Assembly: GCA_951406725.2 (NCBI GenBank)
Contig: OX597818.1
Coordinates: forward strand, 41,974,001 to 42,038,000
Reading direction: 5' to 3'
Source: Octopus vulgaris
Lineage: Eukaryota
DNA length: 64,000 bases
The notes beneath the pieces were generated by a model, which did no database searches, had not been told where the DNA came from, and saw only the letters and a program-made list of their open reading frames with translations. Below are positions 11,240-26,200 of the stretch, one piece after another. The first letter of the stretch is position 1, and the number at the start of each line of letters is the position of its first letter. Position numbers and translations under genes: made by a program.

Positions 11240-14200
11240 GTAAGTTTAATTCTGCTTTCTTCAATTCAGATATATGTATTTTATGCGTACTACGTGTTGT
11301 TCTCCGAAATAGCTCATTTATTCAATTTTTAATAAGTCTTCTGTGTGGAAGTTAGGTAAAAAGGTGATTGCCTTGAGTTTATTTACCTGTTCAAAATGTT
11401 TGTGTTGTTTAATGCAAACAATTCGGTTCAGGAGTTTATCGAGAAATGTCGTATCCTTGTAATTAATTTTTTTTTTTTTTTTTGCGAAGAGAACGGTTTC
11501 AGTTAGTAAGGAAAACTTCAATCATTTCGCTCTGCTTGTACAAAGTTTAACAGGAAATATAGCCATATTGAAGATTAGCGTACCAAATTAAAAAGTGAAA
11601 AACGAAAGTAAATTGACGGAACTGCGTACTGAGAATTTTGTTACCATTTGAACAGATTATTTGGCATTCCTTCGATATAACTCGACAAAATCAAAACATT
11701 TTACTTCGGGTATTTCCGTGGGTTGTGGAATATAGATATAACGAAATTATGCCGGCAATATGTCATTATAAAACTTGAAGGGAAAAAGCCTTGCATATTT
11801 GTTCTTACCTGTTTCATGTGTGTATGCAAAATCCGCAAATTTCCAAGCAGAAAACAGAATCGAACTGTCATTTGCTTCTACGGAAATACCCGAAGTTTAT
11901 GTTTTGATTTTGTCGAGTTATAATTCGAAGGAATGCCGATTATTTTATTAAACGTATTGAATTTTTTTTTCCTGGTCGACCAGTAAACAAAACGGTAAAA
12001 CAATTACAGATTGGTCTTTATAAGGGTTGTGTGTCATTTGATTTGAGTCAGATTGTCGGTGGAATCATTCCACAAACATCAAGATAGCAGTGTTCACAAG
12101 AACAATATGTGGAAAACAATGTCCTTAACTTTTTTTGTTACTTTGTTTTTATCTGAACTAGGAGGCTGCGAAAAATAGCTTGTGAAATTCGTTCGCAGTT
12201 AAGACATTAATTGTAACAAAATAAAGAACCTTTTTGCAAAGCAGACTTGTCCTGGAAATACTTTTATCAAATGTTAGCAAATATCTCATGTAAAAGGCTA
12301 AGAAATGTCAGTTTTGGTCCGGCAAGTGATGAAACAGTGGAAGCGTTCATTGCACACTGGGTCCCACATCAGGCGGGCTGATATATATATATATTATGGC
12401 CGCCCCCTCGTTATCGAGTATGGCCATTGCACGAAGCTTAACTGTTACTGGTGCTGTGATCGAATGTGACTTTTTAGCCCAGCTATCCATGCCTTGTACA
12501 AAATTGGCAACTAAAACCTTTACTGGTAATAGCCGGCTGTAGTTGTAACTGGGCTTCATGTACCTTTGCATGTCGTTTAAGTCCTGCCGAATTACACTCT
12601 TTTCCATATGCCCGACAGATATGATTAGTATGGTGTGTTACACCACCACCAGTGGCCAGATTGTCATTCATCTGTCTCGTTTTATAAAACACAAGATAAA
12701 CAAATTTCTATACTTATAACAACGTGACATACTCCACTAATAGTCTCCTAACTCCAAATACAAACAAGAGACCCCTAAATAACATGAAGAGCAAATGAAG
12801 TAACTTACTGATCAGCTAAAACACACTACTTACTTACATTCTTTTTGTGAACCATCAAAAATTCCATTACAAAAAGCTGACACCCAGTTTCTCAGTTTTT
12901 TAAATGCTGGACTAAACTTTGAACTTCACATTGTCAAACTAAGGGATTAAATCCTATAAACCAAAAGTAACTAGTGGCACATCCACTGACTAAAAAACTC
13001 CTTTTAGCTATCTACATTTTTTTTTTTTGTGAATCACTAAAAAACGATCTCATTGCTTGAAGCCAACGCACCTAAATATACACACCTGTTTACAAAGTTC
13101 TACATTCATGAATAAATTCTGAACACCAGTGCCTGTGGCACGTAAGAGAACCATCCGAACGTGGCCGTTGCCAGCGCTGCCTCGTCTGGCCCCTGTGCCG
13201 GTGGCATGTAAAAAGCACCATCCGATCATGGCCGTTTGCCAGCCTCGTCTGGCATCTGTGCAGGTGGCACATAAAAAGCACCCACTACACTCACGGAGTG
13301 GTTAGCGTTAGGAAGGGCATCCAGCTGTAGAAACACTGCCAGATCAGACTGGGCCTGGTGCAGCCTTCGGGCTTCCCAGACCCCAGTTGAACCATCCAAC
13401 TCATGCTAGCATGGAAAACGGACGTCAAACGATGATGATGATGATGATGATGAACATAACCCCAAATTTAATCAATAAAAATTTATTACACCACTCCATC
13501 ATAACCTACCCTACCACCTAATTGCCGTTCAACTGAACTCCACTAACCCACGAAGAACATTGTCTCAACAGAGACTAAATATAACCAAGATTAACCATAA
13601 TGTATCACAGTCTGTTAATGACTAAGCTGGCTGAAACTTTGAAGTCACTTTCGATACTATTCTTGTTAAAGAATAAGTTTTTACTCTACAAAAGTACAAA
13701 GTAACATCATCATCATCGTTTAACGTCCGTTTTCCATGCTAGCTTGGGTTGGACGGTTCAACTGGGGTCTGGGAAGCCAGGAGGCTGCGTCAGGCCCAGT
13801 CTGATCTGGCAGTGTTTCTACAGCTGGATGCCCTTCCTAACGCCCACCACTCCGAGAGTGTAGTGGGTGCTTTTTATGTGCCACCTGCACAGGTGCCAGA
13901 CGAGGCTGGCAAACGGCCACGATGGGATGGTGCTTTTTATGTGCCACTGGCACGGGGGCCAGACGAGGCTGGCAACGGCCACAATCGGATGGTACTTTAA
14001 CCCTTCTGATTAATGTTTTCCATGCTGGCATGGGTTATATGGAATACCAACCATTCCAAAACTGTAACAGGTGCTTTTTACATGCCACTACCATTGGCCA
14101 TGGCTATGATTTCACTTTGCTTATATATATATAGTTATGGTGTATTCTGTTAGGAGCATGGTAGAGTACACTATAAAGCTTGTCTACCTTCAGAATTGCC

Positions 14201-17200
14201 CAGTAGTATCCGGTAGTATTATTATATACTTCCAATTTTAAGTTTGGGCATTTGTTATGTGTGAATATAAAATTGAAGAAATTGGAGTCAACAAGGAGTA
14301 TGGTTGGACAGTTATTTTTTAATCACTACAATTGTTTCGATGCAATGTAGTTCTCCGAGAATACAATTATTTGATTATGCAACTGTTTGTTTGCATAATG
14401 AGATCTGTGTTAAACTTCAAGATTAAGAATTATGGCAGTCACCTTTCATAATTGAATATGCTTCAAGAGATGTCAGTGTATTGACAAGAGTTATGGTTCT
14501 TTATGGTAATTTATCTTGAAAATTGATTATTGGCTTTCTTTATTTTCCTTCTGATCTCAGGTGACCTACAGTTGGTTAAGCATTACCTTGCAAGTACATG
14601 TGAACCTAGCTAAACAGTAAGTACTATTTTGTCAAAGTGAAATTTCAAATAATGTGTTTTTGTAGTGTTATGTAAATTGAAATGTATTACAGTTAGCTAT
14701 CCACCCTTACAATCTTGTGGAGAAGTGAGAAAAACACTAATATGCAAATAACAAAGTGACTAACTTGAATCCAAGTTCTTTGAGACATCCTTTTGTTTCT
14801 GTTTTTTTTTTTTTGAAATCACATTGTTTTACTGTAGAAGTATATAGAACAGTATGATATTCTTTTATAGCAGAGGTTCTCAATGTCAGTGGTACTGCCC
14901 ATCCAGAGGACACTGGGCATGTTGATAGAGGTGTTAGACTTTAGGATGCAGTGAAGGAGCATAATTAACATACTAAATTTTACCTATAGTAGTAATTATA
15001 CACAATAAAACTTGTCATGGTTATTAAAATAAAATGAGATCTCATCAGGCACAGAGAAGTCATTAACTTGCAATGTATAAAGTAAATTTACAACTTTTGT
15101 CCTCATTAATTTTTTTATTATTTCACTATTAAAAGCTTACACAATCAATCCACTTTTAGAGTAAATTTCATAAATTATCAGTCATGTTAAGTTCTGTCAT
15201 GATACCTCCCTTACCACTTAGGTGGGTGTTAAGCATAACAGCTACTTAAAATGATGAATGTAAACAAACCGTTTGCTTTAGAAGAAATGTGTTATGTGAG
15301 ATATAAATAAGGTAATAATTTATTTTCAAATGCATGAACGCTGATAGAACAGCAGAGACAGAATAAAATATCCATACAAAACAGAAATATATGTCGGCAA
15401 CCAGCCATGAGACATACTAAATTTTACTTATAGTAGTAATTGGGTTACTAGTAATAGTTTTTAAAATAAAATGAGATTTCATCAAGCACAGAGAAATTAT
15501 TAACTTGCAATGTATAAAGTCTCATGGCTGGTTGCTGACATATTTTTCCATTTTGTATGGATATTTTATCCTGTCTTTGCTGTTCTATTAGTGTTTGTGT
15601 GTTTGAAAATACATTATCTTATTTGTATTGAAATCGAAATCAAATTCGATGACTGGCATCCATGCTTGTGGAGTGCTAAGAATACCATCCGAGTGTTATT
15701 GTTGCCAGAGCAACAAACTGGCTTCGAGCATGATCATTACCTGTGTCACCTTACTGGCATTTGTGCTGGTGGCACGCGAAAAAACATTTGAGCCAGGTCG
15801 TTGCCAGTGCCATTAGACTGGCTCTTGTGCAGGTGGCACATAAAAAGTACCATTTGAGCATGGCTGTTGCCAGTACCACCTCACTGGTCCTTGTGCCGGT
15901 GGCACATAAAAGCACCCACTACACTCTCGGAGTGGTTGGCATTAGGAAGGGCATCCAGCTGTAGAAACTCTGCCAGATCAAATTGGAGCTTCGTGCTGCC
16001 ATCTGGTTTACCAGACCTTAGTCAAATCGTCCAACCCATGTTGATGTTAAACGATGATGATGATGATGAATTACTTAAAAGGATGTGGGGGTGGGAAGAA
16101 CTACAAAAAATGGTTAAGCACCACTCTTTTATAGTGTCACTTCCTAACAAGTTACGATCCACTTTTGACACAAACACCTGCTAACTTAAACCACAATCAA
16201 TTCTGACACAATACCAGATAAATTAATTTATCTAAAGCATCATCAGGAGACAAAAAATAATTGTGGTAATATAAATGTGAATATATGATTTATTATTTTT
16301 CTTGTAACAAAATCATTAATGATCTTGGCATCTTTTCTTAGGATGTTATTCAACTTTGTGAAGCAACAGAGAAGTGAAAAGGATTCTGATTGCCTTCATG
16401 TCACCTATTTTGTGGCAGGAATAGCAGATAAAAAGAAGGATGGAACCAAAGTAAGGAGTAATTTGTTTTATTGTTCACAGGAGTAGACCTGTTAATTGAA
16501 AACTATGTAACTATTAGATATATATTGATTTTTAAAATATCTCAGATTTATAGGGTTTAGGAAACGAAATTGCATGATGTTTGTGACATTCCCAAGCAAA
16601 ATTCCAATCTACATCTGCATTTCTCCACCTAATCAGTTTCTATTACTTCCATTATTTGGCTCATCAGTTTGATGTTTTTGTTGCGAGGTCGTTGCCAGTG
16701 CCGCTGGACTGGCTCCTGTGCAGGTGGCACGTAAAAAGCACTATTTGGGCATGGCCTTTGCCAGTACTACCTAACTGGCTCTCATGCCGGTGGCACGTAA
16801 AAGCACCCACTACACTCTTGGAGTGGTTGGCGTTAGGAAGGGCATCCAGCTGTAGAAACTCTGCCAGATCAGATTGGAGTCTGGTTCGCCAGACCTCAGT
16901 CAAATCGTCCAACCCATGCTAGCATGGAAAGCGGATGTTAAATGATGATGATGATGATGATGTTGCTGCTGCTGCTTTCTGGAGTTTTGCATTTGTCCTT
17001 GTACCAGTTGATGATAATACTGCAACACTATTGAGCATGACTCCTTCATGTATACTACCTGATAGACAAGACAAGTGACTAATGCTTATCCTATTTCACT
17101 GATTTATTTTCTGACACTATTTACTATCCCTGGTGTTTTATCTGCTTTTCCTGTTTTTCCTTCATCAAAGCTCTCAACTTCAATAGCTGATCTCTGTTAG

Positions 17201-20200
17201 GTCTACTTGAGGTAGACCTTTTCTCTCTTCCACACTTTTATGTATATAGATACTGTCTGATCAGGATTGAGTGTTGATAGGTTTTGTTAGGGTATGAAAT
17301 ATGTCTTGTCAAAGAAAATCTAACATTTATCCCTGAAAAAGTGCTGTATTCTAATTCTTGCTGTTTTGATTTTTAGCTAAATCCGTGTTTCAGAATTAAA
17401 TGGGTGAGTAATCCCTAGGTCTAAGAGGCTAGTAATGATTTCCTTCTGCAAGAATCATATTAGAAATAAAAAGTCAACTGATGTATGTTGTAATGACACA
17501 GCAATATACAGCTCACAGTTATTTTCAACATTGCTTTGTTGACTTGTATAAAAGAATGTAAAAAGGTTGGGTAAAATGTTAGGGTTTGGAATTAAACCAG
17601 TTTAGATCAATACTCAGATTAAAAGCAACAATTCAAACAGAAATGTAAATCAGCACAATGGCCCAGTGGTTAGGGTAGCTGACTCGCGGTTGTAGGATCG
17701 TGGTTTCGTTTCCCAGACCGGGCGTTGTGAGTGTTTATTGAACAAAAACACCTAAAGCTCCACGAGGCTCCAGCAGGGGGGGCGTGGCAATCCCTGCTGT
17801 ACTCTTTCGCCACAACTTTCTCTCACTCTTTCTTCTGTTGGCCTGCTCGCTTAGCCAGCGGGGTGGCGTCATTTGAAGGCTAAAACAATGCAAAGCGCAT
17901 TGTGACCAGCGATGTGTAGCAACATCTGATAGCCTGGTCAGTCACGGTGATATATATATATATATATATGTAAATTCGATTAGAGGTTATGTTAACCCCA
18001 TGAAGGGATGGTTTCATCCAAAGAAATACTGGTATATTTTTCCCCTCTGAAGATATTATTCTCAGGTCATATAAATATGAAGTAATCCCTAGATTTTAAG
18101 GACTCTCAAAATTATTTGTACCAATTTTCTTTTAATTAAAGTTTTTCTCTGATGTGCTATACTTCTTTTTCTTCATTCCTACAAATGACCTCAAAATACT
18201 GACATACCCTGTATTTGTTTTTTCATAATTAAGGATTATCTGTATGTTTAAAATGGTAAGAGTCTTCATCCATGCAATGAAAATTTTCAAAGAAAGTAAT
18301 TAAGTAATTATTCAACTGTTTCCAATGATTAACTGTAATAATGACTTATCTACATCATTGAGGTGGTCAAATGTAACAGATATTTTTTTTGCTTTTAGGT
18401 GGTCTTTTGTAGTGTGGTTCCTGAAGAAAAACTGGAAACTGTTAAAAGCTCTCTTCAACAATTATACAGTTGTCATATATATAGTGTTCAAAAATCCAAA
18501 TTAAAGGTCAGTTTATTTTATAAGTTTGCTAATCAAGGAATTGTTCATATATTTTATGACACATGACTGTATATGAAACATTTAATAAAGATAAATCAAT
18601 TATTCACCTGAAGGGTAATATGAATCTACAAATTTTAAATGAAAATGCCAAGCAGTGGCTAGCTGTAATATACTTATATTTGATAAGGGAGTCCCTCCAT
18701 GTTGAGCTGCTACTTCTCCCTATTAGAAGTCACAGCTTCTAATTGTATTAGAATACTTCTAAAAGTATTGTGAACATAGGCGCAGGAGTGGCTGTGTGGT
18801 AAGTAGCTTGCTAACCAACCACATGGTTCCGGGTTCAGTCCCACTGCATGGCATCTTGGGCAAGTGTCTTTTGCTATAGCCCCGGGCCGACCAATGCCTT
18901 GTGAGTGGATTTGGTAGACGGAAACTGAAAGAAGCCTGTCGTATATATGTATATATATGTATATATGTGTGTGTTTGTCCCCTTAGCATTGCTTGACAAC
19001 CGATGCTGGTGTGTTTACGTCCCCGTCACATAGCGGTTCAGCAAAAAGAGACCGATAGAATAAGTACTGGGCTTACAAAGAATAAGTCCTGGGGTCGATT
19101 TACTCGCCTAAAGGCGGTGCTCCAGCATGGCCGCAGTCAAATGACTGAAACGAGTAAAAGATAAAAGATAAAAAGATGTGATTAGAATGTCACAGGAAAC
19201 AATTGCAAGACAAATTCTTCAAGAAGAATCAACAGGTGCAAAACCTAGGAGAAGACCAAGATTGAGATGGTTGGATAATATCCAGTCTTAGTTGACCATG
19301 CCTGGGAATCCAGCCAGACACTTGTTTCTGATAGGACCCTATGGAGGAGATGCCTGAGGGTTCACTCCCATGACCCTCTCAGAAATAGTGACATGGTTGG
19401 CTGGAGAGAATATTCATTGCAGTTGCTTCACTCTACCTTGCTGAAAAATCTGCATCAGGCTAAGAGATATACTTTAATTTAAATTAGTATATTTATGGAT
19501 TAATTTAACCTTTTTGTTACCATATTTATGTTGAAATTCTTTCTCTTTGTTTCAATAAATTTTGAAAATAATGAATTTAGTAAAATAACTGTCATTACTA
19601 AACTAGTATTTGGAACATAAATCAATTTTGATGGCAGATTTTAATTTAGATCACTTTAGAACAAAAAGTTTGTGTTATAGAACAAAAAGCAGCTCAGGTG
19701 GGTTGGTATCTAAAAGATTAAACTCTGCCATTATAGAAACATAGAGCATAAATTACACTTCTTACCTTGGGATCCATAAAACTGATTGTTTGACTGCTTA
19801 CTTCTTATAGTTATTTGTTACTCTCGGAGTGGTTGGCGTTAGGAAGGGCATCCAGCTATAGAAACTCTGCCAGATCAGATTGGAGCCTAGTGCAGCCATC
19901 TGGTTCATCAGTCCTCAGTCAAATCGTCCAACCCATGCTAGCATGAAAAGCAGATGTTAAACGATAATGATACTGATGATGATGTTTGTCATCACTACCT
20001 TCTATACTGTTGAGTGCAATCTGTGTTTTTGACATGATTCCCACTGTACAGTGCCTTGGGTAATGTGACTTTTACCTAGATATTAGGTTGACCAAATCCC
20101 TGTGAATTATATTGGAAGTCTAAGTGAGTGATTCTCTTCTTGGAGAGACTTCAACTACAAGTCAGTTTGGGTGTCTTTAGCATCCAGATTTCTGGTCAGA

Positions 20201-23200
20201 GAATAACTTCCTCCCATGAGTCTTAGAGGCTCAGAAAAGTTTTATGGATGCTGTGTTTTTGCCTTTAACTGAACCATTAAAAAAAGATATTGTACATGTA
20301 TGTGCAATTTATAACCTAGTATACTATAATTGTTTAAAGATATCTTGAAATTATAATAAAGATATTACTTCTTTTTCTTTAGGATTCCAGTGTACTATAT
20401 ATTACAGATTACCAGAAAATGAAAGAAAGTGAGATTGACTCATCCAGGTTTGATGTTAAACTTACTATTCTTTACTTGAATGAATATCGTTCTTCTCTTA
20501 TATTAAATGTCGAATATTAATTCAGAGTTTATATTATATTGTTCTTGAGAAAAGTTGTTTTTACTGCATTGACTTACTTTTAACTTTGTTCAGAGTTGCA
20601 GACTAATCTTGTACATCTCAGCTGTAAATTATTTCAGAGAAGATAACTTTCATTATTTAATTATTGATGAACTAAACAGTGTATATCTAATACTTTCAAA
20701 TGGACATTAAGATATACCTTTCTAAACAGTCCAAGCTTTTAGCTGTTGCTGTGATATGTAATTGAGTGCACTTGAACAAATGTGAACAAATGGACAGAAA
20801 ATGATTGGCCTAACCTGGTTTCAATCCTAGTTGAGATTTTTCTGTTCATATTTGTTTACATTATTACAAACTAGCAAATCTGCCCATCTACGATGAAGGC
20901 ATAAAATGAGGGAGGGAAGTCATAACAGCAGTATGTATTGAGATATGTGTGAATGGACTTGATAGATTACTGGGTGATGTCTTAGAGAAATCACATTATT
21001 GTTGGTGATACAGCATTCTATTGCACCTATATGACATGAGTTTGTGACTAAGTGACATGAGATGACGATTCACTCCTCAATTGAAATAGGTTCCCAACCT
21101 CTGTATCATGAATGGTTATGTGGACCACTCCTAACGAAAGCCAGAGCTTTCTTTGACCACTACATAAAAAGTATTAAGAAAAAAAATATTATTTAGATAT
21201 ACTTTTATTTTAGTTGTTTACACTATTTTACACTTGTTTATACTCTTATACATTCAAAGTTCACAAATTTCCTTATTTAAATTATGAATCATATTCCTTT
21301 CAATAATGTCAATATGATTACAAAACTTCTTTGTAGACGATATTTTCTGTTTGGTTGACACTAATTTTCAAATTACTGGAGTCCGTTGCTCTACTCATAG
21401 CCACATATAACTGGCTGTGTGTAAACACTGGAGTGGGTAAAAATACACCTACATGGTCTAAAGTCTGGCCCTGTGCCTTGTTTGCTGTGAATGCACAAGT
21501 GGAATCTTTAGGGTTGCAAAAAATCAAACTAAGACTTACCTTTCACTGTTCTATGCAAATAATGTTTGAATGTTCTGGTATCATGGGTTATTTTTATTGA
21601 CAAAACTGAGACGTAAACAACTGTTGCTTCGATTAGCCATTTTGAATCTTGCTCAAGACTGACACACTTCAATTACCACTAAATAATCACACACTCTTTC
21701 CATTTTATTTTATTAACCATCCTCGCAACCCCCTTCTTATCAACAATGGGGCCACGAATTATACGATGAAAATTCAGAGGTCTTCGTGGTCACTGAATTT
21801 TTAATAAAAATGCGAAAGTGGTTTATCAATTCAAAAATCAATATCCACGAAATAGTCATACTGCCTGATTTTTTTTAATGCTAAAAACCTTCCTGATGAC
21901 CGTCTTTGTAATTTTGAAAAGTATTGTAACCATTGGTCCAGTTGTCTGGCCATGAAGAGGGAACAGACAAAAAGATGGACAGATGGACATAACGCCATTA
22001 GAGTAAGATAGCAAATTTGCCCATCTATGTTGGGAAATAGAGGGATAGTATCGCAAATCTAAACCCTCTAAATTCATGGGGTGAGGATCCAGAGTTAATC
22101 CTCATTGCCAGAATTTTAACAAAAAAAAAAAAAATCAAAGGTGATTTATTAATACAAAACTCACTATTCACTAAATAATCATACTTTTTCACATTTTTTC
22201 CCTAACAAGGTTCCTGGTTTCTACAGCTGGATGCCTTTCCTAACATCAACCACTCTGAGAGTGTAATGGGTGCTTTTACCTGCTGCCAGCATGGGTGTCA
22301 TATGCTTGACATCAGTATCTGCCACAACTGCAATTTTGCTTGGCTTGATGGGTCTTCTTCTCAAGCACAGCATAATGCCAAAGGTCTTGGTCATTCATCA
22401 TAAAACAGAAAATAAAACCCTGCTTTTTTAAGTAGAGATGCATATGGGTAATGTCATCTTAAGTTTGCCTTATAAAGATGACATGGTAATAGCGACAATG
22501 TCTTTTATGATAAAAATCTGCTTTATTAGGAATTTCAACCGTGTTTCGTGGTCTGCTACCACAACAGCTCCTTTATGGGATCCAGTTAACTCAAGACATC
22601 ATCAGGAGGAACCACGTTCGGTTTTGGCTCCTACTCCTCTACTGTTTTGACGTGGCGGGGCCCCAACCTTTCGGAGGTGTCTTCAGCTCTGGTGTTGGGT
22701 GCATGTCTTCTTTCTTCTGTTCCCTGGCCTCTTCAATACAGCATCAACGAGTGTCAGTGGGTGACTGACTGTCTTGTCAAATTTTTTCCCATTAAATACC
22801 TGCTGCTAGGCTCCAGCAGGCAGCCCCAGCAAGTTGTCACGTGACACTGTCTCAACTTTAACTGACCAATGAAGGCGCATAGTCTAAGCCCACGCATTCT
22901 CTAAATGAGACCGTCACCTGTCAATCAGCGAAACTAATTCAGTGTCAGTTTGTCTCACCTAGTGATGTTATTTTCTGCTGGCATGTTATAACTTTCAAGC
23001 CATTTTTGGTCTTCCCGCTTCAGTCATATATAGAAGCTGGCTTTTTCGACCACCTCCTGTACTCTCCTTATTAGGTTTCTCAGCTCCGAGCTAGAAAACA
23101 CAAATCTTCTTTTGAATAGCATTGTCATTTTTCTTTCAATGAAGCCTCTAGCTGATACAATAAAAAGAATTATTTCAAAACACTTTTTCTAACATAGAAT

Positions 23201-26200
23201 TTAAGCAGAAGCTTACAAGTTAGTAGAGAATCTGAACTTACCTCAAACAGATGGAAGTTAACCTGCAAACTGATGAAAACCCTGCTTTAGAGAGCGGTTG
23301 TTTACAGATGTTTAAAGAAACTATCATGTACAGTTAGTTCATTTAATGTCTATTTTTCCACGTGAGTAAGGACTGGGCAGGGACTTATTTGAGACAGGGT
23401 TTTGCAGCTGGATGCTGTTCCTATCATCAATGCTCACCAGTTTCTCAAGTTAGGGATTTTTTTATAATCCACACATCTTTATAAGCTTAAGGTAACAAGA
23501 AACTCAAGTATCATAGGTGCAGGCATGACTTCATGGTAAGAAGCTTGCCACTCAACCACATGGTTCTGGGTTCAGTCCCACTATGTGGCACCTTCACAAG
23601 TGTCTTCTACTATAGCTTTGGTAAATAGAACCTGAAAGAAACCATTCATAGATATGTGTGTGCGTGTGTGTGTTTGTCCCCCACTATCAATTGACAGCCA
23701 GTGTTGGTGTGTTTACATCCCTGTAACATAACAGTTCAGCAAAAGAGATGGATGGAATGAGCATCAGGCTTAAAAACAAAAAAATTAACTACTGTGGTTG
23801 AGTCATTTGACTAAAAATTCTTCAAAGTGATGCCCCAGTGTGGTACAGGGCCTATCTACTTTTTATAAACCCATATCACTTGACATTTCTGCTCATCTCT
23901 AAAGTATATGTATAGGAGACTACAGGAGATCATTTGTGTAAATTACATTTTAATTTCACATTCTCCTCCTGCACTATCTGTCATCATTCCATCTGCCATC
24001 ATGATTTTGCTCCTTTTTCTTTCAAACACCCTGGGCCTAAGTCATTGCTCTATCTAGCATGTTAAAGGCATGATTACTTCTCTATTGCTGATACCAAGGA
24101 AAATATACACACTATAAACTGTAAGGGTGAGAGATCCCTTTAACCCTTTAGTGTTCAGATTATTCTGTCAAATGTGATGTTTGTTTATTTAAAATGGTTT
24201 GAATTAATCATGTATTATCTTGTAGTTTAGAGATTGCAGTGATGTGATTTTTTAGTTTTAGAATGACATAGTAGGGCTGAGGTGAGAGGCGAGCTCTGGT
24301 CAGTTTCAATATAAAACAGGTTAAATATTTTGGACAGATATGGCCGGTTTGAATGCTAAAGGGTTAAACTTGTTGGGGTCTTGGCATGTCTGTAGCACTG
24401 GTGCCGTGAGAGAAAAATCACCTCTTGTATTCTGGAAAGTGGTTGGCATTGAGAAGAGCATTCAGCCAGAGAAACCAAGTTAAAAATAAAGTATTAGTGA
24501 GATGCAATCCCTTGACCTGTGTCAGTGATTAATGTTCTTGAATACATGCTGGCTCCGACTGTGGTGGCTCAGAAGTAAATAGATGGGAATAGTGTGGTTG
24601 GTAATAGCAGAGGTAGATAAGAAAGCTTTATTGACAAGTTGTTATATGTTTTTGTATTGTCTGCAGGTATAGTGCAGTTAAGTATGATGCAGCACAAAAG
24701 ACAGAGAGGAAAGTTAAAACTGAGGATATTCAACCTAATTCTCCTTTAAAGGTTTGTAAATCAATTTGTACATTTTTTTATTGTCCTTTCCACATCTTCT
24801 GTCCAGGTTACTCTCTTTTACTTGCTTCAGTCATTTGACTGCGGCCATGCTGGAGCACCACCTTTAGTCGAGCAATTCGACCCCAGGTCTTATTCTTTGT
24901 AAGCCTAGTACTTATTCTGTCGGTCTCTTTTGCTGAACCGCTAAGTTATGGAGACGTAAACACACCACCATCGGTTGTCAGGCGATGTTGGGGGGAACAA
25001 ACATATACACACACATATATATACATATACCCACTATACATATATATGACAGGCTTCTTTCAGTGTCTGTCTACCAAGTCCACTCACAAGATTTTGGTCG
25101 ACCTGAAGCTGTAGTAGAAGACACTTGCCCAAGGTGCCATGCAGTGGGAATGAACCTGGAACCATGTGGTTGGTAAGCAAGCTACTTACCACACAGCCAC
25201 TCCTGCGCCTGTTGTAAATATTCTATAAATTGCTTGTCTCATTCATAGGTCGTATGGGATTAGTGGTGCTTTCTAGCAAGATGCCCAGTCTCTGAGATGA
25301 GGAAACATGGTTTACTTTTAGAGTGTCTCTTGTTAGTTCTATTGTATATACAACATATAAACTGAAATCATTCAATCTGAAATCCTGTACTTAAGTTGCT
25401 TTTTCCATTTTAGCTTATTTAGTTCAAATTTCATCAATCTACAGGTAAAATTTCAGCTAATTTCTGCAGGATTTGTACAGAAGTATTGTGGATTCTGAAC
25501 TTGCTAGCTGGCATGTATCAGTTATGTCTTTGCTGCTTCACTGATCAACATAGAACAAAAGGAGTTTACTACTTGTACTTGTGGCGACATTCACCCTGGG
25601 CGGGTTGAGTCGGCTTCTTCTACCACCCTCGAGGCATCTCGAACCATGGCAGCCCACGCACGACGGTTCTGCACTAGTTTACTGGAGATAGCAAGCCAGT
25701 CACGGTTCCATCGACGCAGGCCGACCACCTGCGGACCCGTGAGCACGGAGAGGTCCTCCTTGGTCGTTGTAACCCAGGTCTTCAGTTGCCCGCCCGCGCG
25801 TTTCCGCCAGTTGGGAAGTGGAGTTGGGAGAAGGACATCACGGCTCAGTTCACCCACCGGATGCCTACATGCATGGCCAAACCACTGCAAGCGCCGTTGC
25901 AGAAGGACAGATGGAAGGGGCCACAGAGACAGGCGAAATCGGAGATTGGCGGTGGGAACTTGATTCACCCGACGGCAGCGAAGAATGCACCGGAGGCAGT
26001 CATTGTCGAAGACTTCCAGCCTTCGTTGATCGACCACCCGTATAGGCCACGTTTCACAGCCATAGAGAAGTACTGTACGAGAAGTACAAAAGGAGTTTGG
26101 GAAAAAACAGTTAGGTTAGATCTTTGAATGTTTGGTTTTCCAAATGAAATGACTCAGGATCGGTTTAAGGTGCAGATATGGCTGTGTGATTAAAAAGTTT

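Noticed and set aside
12325-12381. Intronic C/D box snoRNA (GTGATGA...CTGA)
   Set aside because: Short, with no convincing terminal stem or recognisable rRNA guide, and it abuts a LINE tail; likely chance.
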